Positions 50,080 through 60,944 of a stretch of DNA of 64,000 bases are shown one piece after another; the first letter of the stretch is position 1, and every line of letters begins with the position of its first letter. Source of the stretch: Escherichia coli (GTDB lineage: Bacteria; Pseudomonadota; Gammaproteobacteria; Enterobacterales; Enterobacteriaceae). Location: the NCBI RefSeq assembly GCF_041886205.1, contig NZ_CP169030.1; one strand, written 5' to 3'. Under the pieces are notes generated by a model. The model searched no databases. It was not told where the DNA came from and saw only the letters and a list, made by a program, of their open reading frames with translations. A program made the translations under genes and the position numbers.

Positions 50080-52896
50080 TTATTCTTTATGCTGGTAACT
50101 CTTTGCTTTCTCTAAAAGCTCTTTCGGACTATCAGCACCAGGTATTCTTTCCTGAGCCAGCTTTTCTTCATTATATTTATTATTCTGAGTTAATGCTTCT
50201 GTTTTATGATGATTTTGTAGTTCAGAATACTGCCCTTTTACAATATTTTCCTCGCCTCGGATGCTGTTCTGAGTATCTCCGATATTACCTCGATATTCTG
50301 TGACCATATTATCAACCTGATGTTTTACATCATTACGGATATTACTGTCCTGCGTTCTTTGCTCAATAATGGCCTGATGTCCCTGATGATCAGCAATAAT
50401 ATCCTGGCTGCCACCACCCGAAGGTACGCTCTCCATTCCTTTACCTATATCTCTACGGGATTCACGCCAGGTGTTATCAACACCAGGCTGTACCTGTTCC
50501 TGCACAAAAGACCACGCCATAGCCCGACGGCGTTCTGCAATCTCCGGCGAACTGGTATTTGTCAGAATAGCTTCAACATCCTGCGGTGCGTTTTTCATCA
50601 CATACTGTGCAAACTGTTGCGACAGATCTTCACTCATCTGCCCACTCATACTCTCAGTACGGGATGCCATTTCAGCATATTCATGGCTGCGGGTCATATT
50701 CGTCGTGTACTGGTCGTAACTCTGTTTCGCTGAATTCAGGGCTGCAGACAACTGATCCACACGGGAATCAGCATTATTGTCAGTATGGCTGCCGGATTCA
50801 CTGACTTTGCGGCTGGTAAAGTAATCGCTGGCTTCTTTAAAGTCTTGTGTAGCTCTGGCATCGATATCATGACGAGCATCATGGCTGGCCCGTGAACCAC
50901 TACTGGCTTCATGTGAGTCAAGATCACTGCCATCAATGCTTGCCTTAGCTCCGGCCTGGAGACCAACCCCTCCACCGTTACCCAATACACTTATGCCTAA
51001 ATGCCCTTTAGCATAAGCATCACCGTAAAGGCCAAGCGACGCATTTGTACTTCTCGAGGCCAGTTCTCTCGTCGCCTGCTCATTACTGATATTATGCGCC
51101 TTCGCATAGCTTTCCACTGCACTGCGCATACGGCTGGCCATCATGGAGTCCTGAGCACTCATCGTGCTGTCAGCACCACCAGTGACAGAGTCACTGCTCC
51201 CCCGGTTAGAGCCAAACTGACTGAGTGTGTTCCAGGCACTGGCAATACTGCTGCTGAAACCATGCAGGGCACTTTCGGCTCTGTTCGACGCCTCCCGGGC
51301 CATTTCCTGTTGTGCCGCTGCAATCTGACGCGTTGCATTGATACCGACCGGTAACCGGGACATCGCTCCGCTTGCATCCATCACCATATTACCGTCACGG
51401 GTCTGTGTGGCGGTTGCGCCACTGCCGGTCTGGTACATCATCTGACCAAACGACGTGGTGCTGTTGGTGCTCCAGCTGAAGCCGTTCACGTTTTCCGTCT
51501 GCATGTTGCCGTAGGAGTAATTACCGTCAACCACACTGCCTGCTGCACTGGCCGTTGGACTGATAGATGAAGAGGCGAAGTGGCTGTACACGCTGGAAAA
51601 ACCTGCGCCAAGGCCTTTTACCATCATCCATGACAACGGGGGGATCATGGCTGAAAGATACCCGGCAGTGGAGGCCAGGTTAGAGTATTTCAGCTGTATC
51701 TGAGAGAGTTCAGACAACACGACCGGCGCACCATTCTGTTTCGCATAGAATGTCATGGCACTGTTCAGAATGGCATACAACAACGGCCAGGTCTGCAGCC
51801 ACATCAGGGCAAACACATACCCCTTTAATACAGACAATGTCAGCTTGTTAAAGACAGCCGCCAGTATCAGGAGCGGGAATATACCAATGGCAATCCCCGT
51901 CAGGATAGTCTGGACCATCGGCAGGTTTCGCATAGTTACATGACCAATGGAGACATGTGCCAGACGTTGTTTCTCCATCGATGACGTGGTGGCCAGACTT
52001 ACCAGGCTGGCGGTGTCACCGTTACGGGCTGCATTACTGGTGATACCCTCTTTCAGGGCATTCATGGTGACGTTCTGGCGCATAATCTGGCTGGCAGACT
52101 GACTGGAGCCGTAGAAATAACTGTAACTGTCACTGACCAGTTGTCTGAATAACAGGTCCGGGTCCGGTCTGCCGCCAAATATCTGCTGCACATAATAATG
52201 CCAGGTCTTGCCTCCCGTCTTTGTATCGAGATTCAGCCTGTCTTTCAGCGTGACCGACGCATCCTTACAAGTTATGAAATTATTATTGTTGTCATAAACG
52301 CCCCGTAGCGGGCTGGGGCGGGAAAAAATCAGCGTGTAGGGGTCAGCGGAGGCCATCAGGTCTTCCAGCGTGTATTTATGATTCAGGTAAATATCACCCA
52401 GCACGCAGTTCTGGACGTAGTCCTGGAACAGATTGATGATTTCCGGATTCCGGGACAGGAAATCGGTGCTTTTCACAATCAGATTCGCCCCGAACAGCAT
52501 CCCCGTTTTGCTGTAGGTGACGCTGTCCGGTTGCGTGAAGATCATCTCGTAACTGGCCACCATTGCATGCCCGATACGGGTCGTCAGTGAAAGTGGCATC
52601 GCCAGACCGACCGGCACATTATCCACCCGGTGAACTTTGACCAGGTCACTGTTATCAATAATCTGCACCGATGTGCGGACATTAACCAGCAGGCTGATAA
52701 GCACAAACACGGCCACCCAGCCCAGCAAATCCATCACGTTGTGCCGCTGTACCCACATTACGGCCACCGCGAGAACAGACAATGTGAGCGCAATTTTTTC
52801 AATGGAATCCCACGTCCAGGTTCCCATAAAGGCGGCAATGGCGTTCAGGTTATTCCGCAACCACTCACCACCGGCAATCACATAAACTTCATTCAC
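50080..52896 (-). CDS. traG: TraG mating-pair stabilisation protein
   Basis: 938 aa, N-terminal membrane domain and large periplasmic C-terminal domain. Confidence 0.9.
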   Translation of the reverse strand: MNEVYVIAGGEWLRNNLNAIAAFMGTWTWDSIEKIALTLSVLAVAVMWVQRHNVMDLLGWVAVFVLISLLVNVRTSVQIIDNSDLVKVHRVDNVPVGLAMPLSLTTRIGHAMVASYEMIFTQPDSVTYSKTGMLFGANLIVKSTDFLSRNPEIINLFQDYVQNCVLGDIYLNHKYTLEDLMASADPYTLIFSRPSPLRGVYDNNNNFITCKDASVTLKDRLNLDTKTGGKTWHYYVQQIFGGRPDPDLLFRQLVSDSYSYFYGSSQSASQIMRQNVTMNALKEGITSNAARNGDTASLVSLATTSSMEKQRLAHVSIGHVTMRNLPMVQTILTGIAIGIFPLLILAAVFNKLTLSVLKGYVFALMWLQTWPLLYAILNSAMTFYAKQNGAPVVLSELSQIQLKYSNLASTAGYLSAMIPPLSWMMVKGLGAGFSSVYSHFASSSISPTASAAGSVVDGNYSYGNMQTENVNGFSWSTNSTTSFGQMMYQTGSGATATQTRDGNMVMDASGAMSRLPVGINATRQIAAAQQEMAREASNRAESALHGFSSSIASAWNTLSQFGSNRGSSDSVTGGADSTMSAQDSMMASRMRSAVESYAKAHNISNEQATRELASRSTNASLGLYGDAYAKGHLGISVLGNGGGVGLQAGAKASIDGSDLDSHEASSGSRASHDARHDIDARATQDFKEASDYFTSRKVSESGSHTDNNADSRVDQLSAALNSAKQSYDQYTTNMTRSHEYAEMASRTESMSGQMSEDLSQQFAQYVMKNAPQDVEAILTNTSSPEIAERRRAMAWSFVQEQVQPGVDNTWRESRRDIGKGMESVPSGGGSQDIIADHQGHQAIIEQRTQDSNIRNDVKHQVDNMVTEYRGNIGDTQNSIRGEENIVKGQYSELQNHHKTEALTQNNKYNEEKLAQERIPGADSPKELLEKAKSYQHKE

Positions 52897-54269
52897 AGCG
52901 TGCTCCCTCCGAAGTGATAGTTGTTCTGGTAACGACTGAGCATGCGGGCGGAAAGCTGCTGACGCATGTAGCTCATCTGACGATCGACAACCAGCAGCGC
53001 ATCCTGCTGTACCTGCACCTGTGACTGAAACGCCGCAATCTGCCGGGTGGCATCATTCATGTTGTCGTTAATATGCCCGATAACCGCTTCGTCATAATTT
53101 CCCGTGGCCACCATCGCCCGTGCCTGCTGTATCAGCTCCTGAATGTACTGCAGCAGGATGTCGTAACCGATATAGTCCGTCAGCTGGTAAATCATACTGT
53201 TGGAAACACCGAGCATCTGCGGGTCAACCAGGTATTTGAAGACGGGGATGGTGGTACTGGAAATAAAGCCTTTTTCCTTGTCATCCAGAGGCGTGTCACT
53301 GACAGCCTTGTTCTGAATGCTGGCCAGAAGTTTAGTAATCTGAGACTTCAGTGCATTATCCCGGCTGATGGTCACCGGTGTGTCTGCCACCACTTTCAGG
53401 CATTTATCAGAATCGTTGCAGTGAGAAATTTTTGCTGTGCCGCCTTCCATCATGGCCCGGATAATTGAACGGTCAGTGGTTCTGGCTGACAGCGGTGTGA
53501 TTTCGCCGTTGGGACCAAACACCAGTGAGCCGGTCAGCGTCATCACAAACTCTTTCAGCTCTTTGTTGCCGTCAAACATTCTGTTTTTGGAAAGCGCATT
53601 CCACATGATGTTGATGTTTTTGGTCACCCGCTCCTTATCCTTGTCGCTGGCTTTATCCCTGACGCTGTCAGATTTCCCGCCAACGGTACATCCCTGCCGG
53701 GAAGCCGCCCAGTCAGCAAAAATATTGCTCTCACCGGCAATGTCCTGACAGACTTTTTGCTGGGACACCTGCGTCCGGGGGAACAGCCCGCCGATAATCC
53801 CCTGTGCAGCCTGGCAGGAACTGAGGTTCATACTGTTAATGTCGCTTGCCATTTTCTGCAGGAAGTCTTTTGCGGTTTTTATTTCCGGCACCGTTGTCTG
53901 CAGGGCAAGGTCAAAAAAGTAACCGGCAGCATTGCTCATAATCTGCTTAACAAAACGCTGCAACTGCTCACCATTAATAAAACTGAACGAGCCGAGATAG
54001 GCGTCGATGCCGCCACATCCAGCATTGATATCCGGCAGCGTCATGGAAATTAGCTGAACATTTTTGACCTGAGTACGGGCATACAGGGAGCCACCGTAAG
54101 CATAGCCGGCGGCCTGCCCCTGCCAGACGCCCGGCTGTGTGGTATTGGAAGCAAATCCCAGCTTATTAAAGAACTGATTCATGTCGCTGTTCACATCCGC
54201 TGACGCTGCAGGCGTCACCGTCAGTAAGGCGGCACAAAGAACCAGAAGAGGTTTAATGCGTGGCATCAT
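52893..54269 (-). CDS. traH: TraH pilus assembly protein
   Basis: 458 aa with signal peptide. Confidence 0.9.
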   Translation of the reverse strand: MMPRIKPLLVLCAALLTVTPAASADVNSDMNQFFNKLGFASNTTQPGVWQGQAAGYAYGGSLYARTQVKNVQLISMTLPDINAGCGGIDAYLGSFSFINGEQLQRFVKQIMSNAAGYFFDLALQTTVPEIKTAKDFLQKMASDINSMNLSSCQAAQGIIGGLFPRTQVSQQKVCQDIAGESNIFADWAASRQGCTVGGKSDSVRDKASDKDKERVTKNINIMWNALSKNRMFDGNKELKEFVMTLTGSLVFGPNGEITPLSARTTDRSIIRAMMEGGTAKISHCNDSDKCLKVVADTPVTISRDNALKSQITKLLASIQNKAVSDTPLDDKEKGFISSTTIPVFKYLVDPQMLGVSNSMIYQLTDYIGYDILLQYIQELIQQARAMVATGNYDEAVIGHINDNMNDATRQIAAFQSQVQVQQDALLVVDRQMSYMRQQLSARMLSRYQNNYHFGGSTL

Positions 54270-54679
54270 TCTTGCCCTCCCTTAATGTGTTCTCCCGGTG
54301 CATACGACATTTCAGCAGGAATATCTCGATATTTCCGTATATTAATTCGTACATTGGGGACAGAAAAAAATGTAACAAGAAACCCGGCTGCAAGCGCATA
54401 TAACGTATACGGAATGGCATATATCAGGATATTCCACATATAACTCGAATTATTTAATTCCGGGTCCGCTTTCCACGAATCAATACAGGCATCAAAAATA
54501 ATATCCATAACTGTCCATAAAACAATTCCGGCAGTCAGGAATACCAGAGACAATCCAGCATACCTGCCAGTAATTCTGGAAATGTATTTATAATCTCGTT
54601 CTGTACTTCTGATTTTGAGTTCAGGATTACTTTTATTTTCTCTCATTATAAGTTCCCTCTGATATTTCCGATGATTCAT
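54266..54679 (-). CDS. trbF: TrbF-like small membrane protein (start uncertain)
   Basis: Position between traH and trbJ as in F. Confidence 0.6.
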   Translation of the reverse strand: MNHRKYQRELIMRENKSNPELKIRSTERDYKYISRITGRYAGLSLVFLTAGIVLWTVMDIIFDACIDSWKADPELNNSSYMWNILIYAIPYTLYALAAGFLVTFFSVPNVRINIRKYRDIPAEMSYAPGEHIKGGQE

Positions 54680-54916
54680 TCAGACCGGTCATGCGGCTGT
54701 AATATATTTCAGACACCGAAATCCATCCCACAATTGCCCCCACAAAAAACACAACAGAAACAGAAAAGGTAAGACTCAGCGAAACGACAATTTCTACAGG
54801 GCTGGCGGGATAAAAAAGCCCCTGACGGATAAAGGGGATATTCAGGCTGACGATTATTCCCGTCACGATGCCGGATATTCCGGCAATGAGTAACACCACC
54901 TGCTTATTTCGCACCT
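54633..54916 (-). CDS. trbJ: TrbJ-like small membrane protein (start uncertain, probably internal GTG)
   Basis: Hydrophobic core VVLLIAGISGIVTGIIVSLNIPF; position as in F. Confidence 0.5.
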
Positions 54917-55449
54917 TTTTTTCCTCCGTACATCTGCAAAACGGTATCCACCCGCGCCATAAAACCGGCGGCATCCGTTGCCCCCTGTAAAAGCGGTAAT
55001 GCCTCAAGCGTGTTGACGTTGACCAGGAAGGTGGTCGGTGTGGCCACCGGGATATTCGGGAAGAAGGTCTGCATCACGTCCGGTGGCACCGGTAATGCTT
55101 CAGGAAAGGCCGTATCCCCCTGACCATCCAGGGTGTAGGAAAAAACGGAAAAGCCGTACTGCTGTGCCAGCTGTTTCAGTACCGGGTCAAACTGGTGACA
55201 GTAAGGACAATGCCCCTGCATAAACAGCACCACCTTCCAGTCGGCCAAGTTAACCTGCCTGCCATTACTGAGACGGAACCAGCGGGGAGCCGGCTTTGCT
55301 GTCCTGGCTGACGTGCCTGCTGCCGGTTGTGCAGGCTGCGTAGCCATACCCTGCGGATTCCAGAGTCGCTCTATTTCATCCCGGGTGGAGGCCTGCACAG
55401 CAGCGGCGCTCAGCAACAGGGTGAACAGCAGTGATTTAGTGAGAGACAT
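54904..55449 (-). CDS. trbB: TrbB thioredoxin-like disulfide isomerase
   Basis: Signal peptide and CPYC active site. Confidence 0.85.
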   Translation of the reverse strand: MSLTKSLLFTLLLSAAAVQASTRDEIERLWNPQGMATQPAQPAAGTSARTAKPAPRWFRLSNGRQVNLADWKVVLFMQGHCPYCHQFDPVLKQLAQQYGFSVFSYTLDGQGDTAFPEALPVPPDVMQTFFPNIPVATPTTFLVNVNTLEALPLLQGATDAAGFMARVDTVLQMYGGKKGAK

Positions 55450-55720
55450 GTCCGCCCTCCTGCTGCCCTTCCATCATGGCCTGTTGCCTGGCTTCCAGTG
55501 CCTCACGCTCTTCCCGGCTGACACGGGCAATCCATGCATCCAGCACCTGGTATGCGCCGAACAGTACGAGAATGGCCGCAATCAGCTCCGCCAGAAAAAA
55601 AGCCATCCAGGGTTTGCTGTAAACAAGACGGGCGACGATATGAAACCAGACACCCAGGGAAAATACCCACATTCCCGTAATATCAAGCCGGGGTAAAGAG
55701 AATCTGCGTTTACTTATCAT
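55436..55720 (-). CDS. traQ: TraQ pilin chaperone
   Basis: 94-aa membrane protein in F gene order. Confidence 0.8.
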   Translation of the reverse strand: MISKRRFSLPRLDITGMWVFSLGVWFHIVARLVYSKPWMAFFLAELIAAILVLFGAYQVLDAWIARVSREEREALEARQQAMMEGQQEGGHVSH

Positions 55721-55800
55721 GTTAAACTCCGGTTATTATTTACATGAGAGTATTCATGTCTGTAATATTCGCGTTTGTGTGATATTAATCAGAGGTACAA

Positions 55801-56115
55801 ATGGAAAAGCGATCTTTTAAAGAAAAACTGGAAATAATCAGAAACATAATAAGAGAGTCGTTACTGGGAAATACGGCAATTATTGCGCTGATATATGCAG
55901 CATCACATTCATTACCGGTCAATGCTTTCCCTGACTATCTTGTAATAAGTTTATTAAGTGTCGCAGCAGGCATCGTTGTATTATGGTTATTTTCAATTAT
56001 CTATATTTATTTTTGTGAGCTATTCAGAAGCCACTGGATTGCGGTATGGTTTATCATATGGTCTTCAGTAATCAACCTCATTATTTTGTATGGTTTTTAT
56101 GACCGTTTTATATGA
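55801..56115 (+). CDS. artA: ArtA (anti-tra strand ORF)
   Basis: 104-aa hydrophobic ORF on the opposite strand between traQ and trbA, as in F. Confidence 0.55.
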   Translation: MEKRSFKEKLEIIRNIIRESLLGNTAIIALIYAASHSLPVNAFPDYLVISLLSVAAGIVVLWLFSIIYIYFCELFRSHWIAVWFIIWSSVINLIILYGFYDRFI

Positions 56116-56116
56116 C

Positions 56117-56464
56117 TTAGCCTGTCATAAGCCCCCTTATAAAAAACCACATCACTCCGGACCATACCGATGACAACATAATACAGATAAATATTCTTCT
56201 GAACCTGTCGAAGCTCGTAACGTCCGGTAATGCGGCCGCAACTATTGAAACAACCAGTGCTGCGCCCTGACTCATAATTGCACCACACAGAAACCAGAGA
56301 CTGGCGGTAAGCACATATAAACACGCGATATTAACAACAAGGAAAACCAGTGAGCTCAGGAGAAACATTTTCCTGTCATTACGCTCAGAAAAGAAATAAC
56401 CGGCAATAATGACAAATATTAACAGAACAACACCTGTAAACATTTTCAAATAATCTTCACTCAT
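56117..56464 (-). CDS. trbA: TrbA membrane protein
   Basis: 115 aa, position as in F. Confidence 0.7.
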   Translation of the reverse strand: MSEDYLKMFTGVVLLIFVIIAGYFFSERNDRKMFLLSSLVFLVVNIACLYVLTASLWFLCGAIMSQGAALVVSIVAAALPDVTSFDRFRRIFICIMLSSVWSGVMWFFIRGLMTG

Positions 56465-56479
56465 AAATCAAATCCGCGA

Positions 56480-57223
56480 TTAAAAATTGGGTTTAAAATC
56501 TTCAGAAACGTTCAGGAACTGTTTTGCCAGGTCGTCCTGCGAAATAAAGCCGTATGATAACGGGCGAACACTGCCCTGTTTCGGGTCAACCAGCATCATG
56601 GCCGGGAAATATTTCACGCCGAGGCGCTGCGCCTGCCCCTGGTCAGTCCGGGAATCCGGCAACAGCGGATTAATCACGCCATCCACGGAAACGGGAATAA
56701 CACTCAGACCATACGTATCCCGGAAGCCATTAATGACCTGCGCCAGTTGCCCGTCGATGGGGTCCTGCCCCCGGTAAAAAAACATGATGCCGTAGTGTTC
56801 AGCCAGTTTCGCAATGGCCTGTCGCTGCTGCGCCTGGTCTGCTGCCAGCTGGTTCCGTACCGTGCCGTTGTAATGACTGTACTGCAGGTTATAGTCCAGT
56901 TCAGGATGTGCCAGCATGGCCTTTCTGGCGCTCATGGTGAAAAGCCCGGCCTGCTGAGCCCAGTAATTTTGCAGCCGGAAATATTTCACAAAATTATCCA
57001 CGCCGGGATACAGAATGGCTTCGTACAGCGCCCGCTTTGTTGCCGTCTGCAGTGCGGCCAGTTTCTGCATAATATCCGGTTCCTGACGGGGGGCTGCAGG
57101 TACAGGTTTATTTTCTTTTTCCTTCGGATTTATTTTCTCGTTATACCACTGCCAGCCTGCATCTTTTCCTGACGCCGGAAAAATAAAGCAGCAGAGTAAC
57201 AGTGGCAGTAATGCTTTATTCAT
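56480..57223 (-). CDS. traF: TraF thioredoxin-fold pilus assembly protein
   Basis: 247 aa starting MNKALLPLLLCCFIFPASG. Confidence 0.9.
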   Translation of the reverse strand: MNKALLPLLLCCFIFPASGKDAGWQWYNEKINPKEKENKPVPAAPRQEPDIMQKLAALQTATKRALYEAILYPGVDNFVKYFRLQNYWAQQAGLFTMSARKAMLAHPELDYNLQYSHYNGTVRNQLAADQAQQRQAIAKLAEHYGIMFFYRGQDPIDGQLAQVINGFRDTYGLSVIPVSVDGVINPLLPDSRTDQGQAQRLGVKYFPAMMLVDPKQGSVRPLSYGFISQDDLAKQFLNVSEDFKPNF

Positions 57224-57476
57224 CTTCATTCCTTTCATCACTTTTTCTTTCATCAGGTTTCTGCAGGTCAGTCAGGGCAGAAAAACAAAAATACAGAATA
57301 AACAGGAGCACACCGGAGTAAAGGATAACGAAAGCAGCGGCAAGCATCCCGTCTGCCGTGGTTTCTTTTACCGTATCCCACGACCAGATAATTACCGGAG
57401 AAATGACAATCGCTGTAATCAAAAGCCGGATAAGAAAATCAATAAAACGGTTCGACGTGAATATGACTTTCATCAT
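57216..57476 (-). CDS. trbE: TrbE small membrane protein
   Basis: 86 aa, position as in F. Confidence 0.7.
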   Translation of the reverse strand: MMKVIFTSNRFIDFLIRLLITAIVISPVIIWSWDTVKETTADGMLAAAFVILYSGVLLFILYFCFSALTDLQKPDERKSDERNEDE

Positions 57477-57499
57477 TTCCCCCGGTTATTTCCCATACC

Positions 57500-59308
57500 T
57501 TACTGTCCTGCCTGTTTCAGCTGGTCAGCAATCTGCTCTTTCACTTTCTGCGTCAGAACGCCACTGTCCGGGATTTTCTGGTTATTCATCAGGTCTTCGT
57601 AGAAGTTAGTGAAATCCAGTCTGTTGAACTGAATTTTCTGCAGCTCATCAACCGTAATCCCCCGACAGTCAGGATGCTTCGCACTACCAAAACTGATACG
57701 CAACTGACCGTTGCGCCCCTGCTGCTGGACTATCTGCGCCAGCTTCGAATCAAACTGACAGTAGCTGCGTTTTTTCTCCAGACAGACACCCAGCACTTTC
57801 TTCGAACAGAACTCCCCGACGCTGACGGTCAGTTTGTTTGATTTTGCTTTAGCCAGGGCCTTTTCATCACTGCTGCATTTGGCCAGCCCGATATCCTGTC
57901 CCCAGCCGCTGTCCTTACAGCAGTTGCTGTATCCGGCTGCAGCCTTCTTACAAAATTTCGCCTGACCGGTGAAAGCACGGACATCCACCCCGTTCAGCGC
58001 CGCAACATCCTTACCTGCTGCGGCCAGTGCCGCCAGCTGAGAAACGGCTTCGGCAAAATCATTACTCTGCCCGCTCTGAGCCTTATCGCATTCGCCATCG
58101 AGACAGAAGACGTCTCCCCCACAGACCATCACTTTCCCGGATGTTTTTGACTCACAGGAGTACGTGGCATATTCATGCAGACAGGCACCTTCTTCGGAGT
58201 AAAAGGCACACTGGTGTGACACCAGGGTACAGGCAGGATTGTCGGTGTAGGTCTGACAGGTTCCCTTGTCTGCTGACTGCGTGACATACGTGTCCCGGTA
58301 TGCCCAGCAGCTCTGGTACATGCTGTATGACTGACCGTCTTTCACCAGCGTCCTATTCCCGCCAGCCTCCGTACATTCTGTTTTTGTCAGTTTCCCCAGC
58401 TCCTTGCTGAACGGGCAGCTTTCAGACCAGACAACATACGGGGTGTACGAGGCTTTTTTTACCCTGACAACCAGACGCAGCTTCATTGCCGTATGACGTT
58501 TGAATTTTGTATTCCCGACCCGGACGGGGTGAGATGACGTAAAAGCCACACCGGCAGTCAGTGTTTTCTGTACTGGTGTAAATGAGGCATCTGCTGAGTA
58601 TTTGGCATTCCAGCTCAGTGGGGTTCCCAGTACTGTAATTGTCATAGGTACACTCTTCTGCAAGTAAGTACGACTCCAGCTGTAATGCGCATCGACAATT
58701 TCACCGGTAACGGGAGAGGTCATGGAGACAACATACTGACCATTCACTTCACGTGCAGGTAGCTGACTCATTTCATACTCCAGCGTCCGGGTTTCCCATG
58801 TGGTACTCCCCTGCAGCTCCATACGGGCAGTTCGTGTGCAGTACTGCTCCACCTGTAAATCCCGCTCACAGGTGTAATTCGTGTATTCACTCCTGCTAAT
58901 CTCCTGCGCACTGCACTGCTGCCCGGTGTTTCCCACAATGCTGTCAGCCCGGTTCACCACATCCCTGCCGGTCTGGATAAACGGTGCATCCGGTGAAAGA
59001 ATGTCTTTCGGCTTGTTCATGAATGACTCTGTAATGGTTTTTCCGGTTTCACCGGTCGCCCATTCCGTGGTGCCGTCATTTTTCAGGCCGCCATCCCCGC
59101 CGGCAGTCACGCCACCGTAATATTTTGTCTCGTCCGGATTCGCGTTATAGCCGGGGATACTCTCCTGTGGCTTAAAGCCTTGAATACTGCTGCTTCCCTG
59201 CCCTTTGATCTGGTGAGCAAAATCAGAACCGGCCCGGTAATCACTGTTGCTGTCAGCCTGTGCCATGCCGGCAACCAGAGCCAGTATCAGAGGTAAAATA
59301 CGTTTCAT
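57500..59308 (-). CDS. traN: TraN mating-pair stabilisation outer membrane protein
   Basis: 602 aa, signal peptide, Cys-rich C-terminal half. Confidence 0.9.
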   Translation of the reverse strand: MKRILPLILALVAGMAQADSNSDYRAGSDFAHQIKGQGSSSIQGFKPQESIPGYNANPDETKYYGGVTAGGDGGLKNDGTTEWATGETGKTITESFMNKPKDILSPDAPFIQTGRDVVNRADSIVGNTGQQCSAQEISRSEYTNYTCERDLQVEQYCTRTARMELQGSTTWETRTLEYEMSQLPAREVNGQYVVSMTSPVTGEIVDAHYSWSRTYLQKSVPMTITVLGTPLSWNAKYSADASFTPVQKTLTAGVAFTSSHPVRVGNTKFKRHTAMKLRLVVRVKKASYTPYVVWSESCPFSKELGKLTKTECTEAGGNRTLVKDGQSYSMYQSCWAYRDTYVTQSADKGTCQTYTDNPACTLVSHQCAFYSEEGACLHEYATYSCESKTSGKVMVCGGDVFCLDGECDKAQSGQSNDFAEAVSQLAALAAAGKDVAALNGVDVRAFTGQAKFCKKAAAGYSNCCKDSGWGQDIGLAKCSSDEKALAKAKSNKLTVSVGEFCSKKVLGVCLEKKRSYCQFDSKLAQIVQQQGRNGQLRISFGSAKHPDCRGITVDELQKIQFNRLDFTNFYEDLMNNQKIPDSGVLTQKVKEQIADQLKQAGQ

Positions 59309-59946
59309 TTCCCGGAATCTCCTTTCCCTGCCAGTAAATCATGAGCCACCTGCCGGCAGTCACCCGTGGCGGCCACTTTCTCCAGCGCCTGGCCGACCCG
59401 CAGGTTTCCCCGGATGATGTCGTATCCCTGACTGCAGAACACCACCAGTGCCGGTACAGTGCGAATGCCGTACTGTGAAAACAGCGTCGGGTCGATCTGA
59501 ACACCATCAGTCGCGCCGTCTTTCACCAGGGACAACACAGCTTCAGCGGTGGTCTTCAGGTCATTGTTCACCATGCCCCGCAGTGTGGCCGGAATACCGA
59601 AGTGCCGGGTTTCGCCCAGCATTCGTTTCAGCCCCTCTTCGGGAATGGAAAACGACACAAAATACAGAGCACCCTGCCGGGGTTTCCCGTCCTGCGAAGC
59701 CTGCTGTTTACGAACCAGCTCATCCAGGAAATGGTTATCTGAACGCTGAAGGGGGTTTTCCAGCACCTGTTTCTCCGCCCAGGCTTTCAGCTGATGGTCA
59801 GGTTTTTCACGCAGTTGTCTGCTTAAATTTTCCTGCTGCTTCAGGAACTGGCGGTTTTCAGGAGTGTTCACGTTTTCTGACGCCATAACCGCCCCGTTCA
59901 GCATCATCAGCAGTGCTGCCAGAGATTTCATACTCAGCTTCATCAT
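59305..59946 (-). CDS. trbC: TrbC pilus assembly protein
   Basis: 213 aa with signal peptide. Confidence 0.85.
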   Translation of the reverse strand: MMKLSMKSLAALLMMLNGAVMASENVNTPENRQFLKQQENLSRQLREKPDHQLKAWAEKQVLENPLQRSDNHFLDELVRKQQASQDGKPRQGALYFVSFSIPEEGLKRMLGETRHFGIPATLRGMVNNDLKTTAEAVLSLVKDGATDGVQIDPTLFSQYGIRTVPALVVFCSQGYDIIRGNLRVGQALEKVAATGDCRQVAHDLLAGKGDSGK

Positions 59947-59951
59947 TCACC

Positions 59952-60944
59952 TCACAGGAAGACACAGTTACGTTTACGCCACATCAGGTAGCCGAAGTTT
60001 TTCTTTGTGTTGGGCGGATTTTTCCCGTTTTCCCAGCGGGTCACGCTGCGCCCGAACGGGTGGCACTGCCCGCTGTCCGGATACATATTCACCATCTGGT
60101 AACGCCAGCGTTCTTTGGGCAGGATTGGGGACGGATATTCATTACAGACGGCGTTATTTTTCCCGATGGTTTCCATAATCATGCCCTGACGGTGCAGCTT
60201 GAACGCCATGCGTTCACTGACCAGCAGGGAGGACTGCAACGGACTGGACTCATTACTCACCCAGCCATTGAACGGGTACATACTTCCCTGCGAACCGGCA
60301 CACCAGAACAGAACATCGAGAGGCATATTAAAGGCGCTGGCAATCGCATCTGCTGCGCAGGCTCCCTGTGCTATCGGATTGGCAAAGATGACAGCTTCCG
60401 GATTGAGAATGGTGGTCAGGCTGCTGTCCGTCCAGGTGGGGTCGATTTCAGAAAGATAAGCGATATCCATGTCACCACCTTCCAGACAGCCCAGCGATGT
60501 GATGATGTTCAGCCAGTACGTCAGCGGGTATTTGTACCAGTGAACGTGATAGAACGCCCCATTTACCTGCTTCTCATCCTTTTTCGCCGTTCCCTGTGCC
60601 GTTTTACCAAAAGCCGGCAGGCTGAAGCCCAGGTTCACCATGCATCCCGGTGACCGGGTGACGTCCGTCAACGCCATCGGCTCCCAGTAACCAATGGCCA
60701 GCCCGATACGCCTGAACAGCGGCGGCGGTGCCGGACAAATCTGAATGGGCATCGACGGGTTCGCCGTGTCGGGGACCTTACCCTGACTGACTTTGATACT
60801 GCCCAGCGAGAGCGGGAAAATACAGCTCCAGCAGATATCTGTGATCGGGTTTACAAAACGCCCCTCACAGGCAGAATCCGCAGACGCCGCAGGGACATGA
60901 CCGGCGAAAAGGAATAACATCAGCAGCCACAGCCTTCGCTTCAT
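59952..60944 (-). CDS. traU: TraU pilus assembly/DNA transfer protein
   Basis: 330 aa with signal peptide MKRRLWLLMLFLFAGHVPAASA. Confidence 0.9.
   Translation of the reverse strand: MKRRLWLLMLFLFAGHVPAASADSACEGRFVNPITDICWSCIFPLSLGSIKVSQGKVPDTANPSMPIQICPAPPPLFRRIGLAIGYWEPMALTDVTRSPGCMVNLGFSLPAFGKTAQGTAKKDEKQVNGAFYHVHWYKYPLTYWLNIITSLGCLEGGDMDIAYLSEIDPTWTDSSLTTILNPEAVIFANPIAQGACAADAIASAFNMPLDVLFWCAGSQGSMYPFNGWVSNESSPLQSSLLVSERMAFKLHRQGMIMETIGKNNAVCNEYPSPILPKERWRYQMVNMYPDSGQCHPFGRSVTRWENGKNPPNTKKNFGYLMWRKRNCVFL

Noticed and set aside
58027-60653. Plus-strand ORFs within traN, trbC and traU (e.g. 59913-60653, 59448-59888)
   Set aside because: Antisense to well-supported tra genes and lacking any motif
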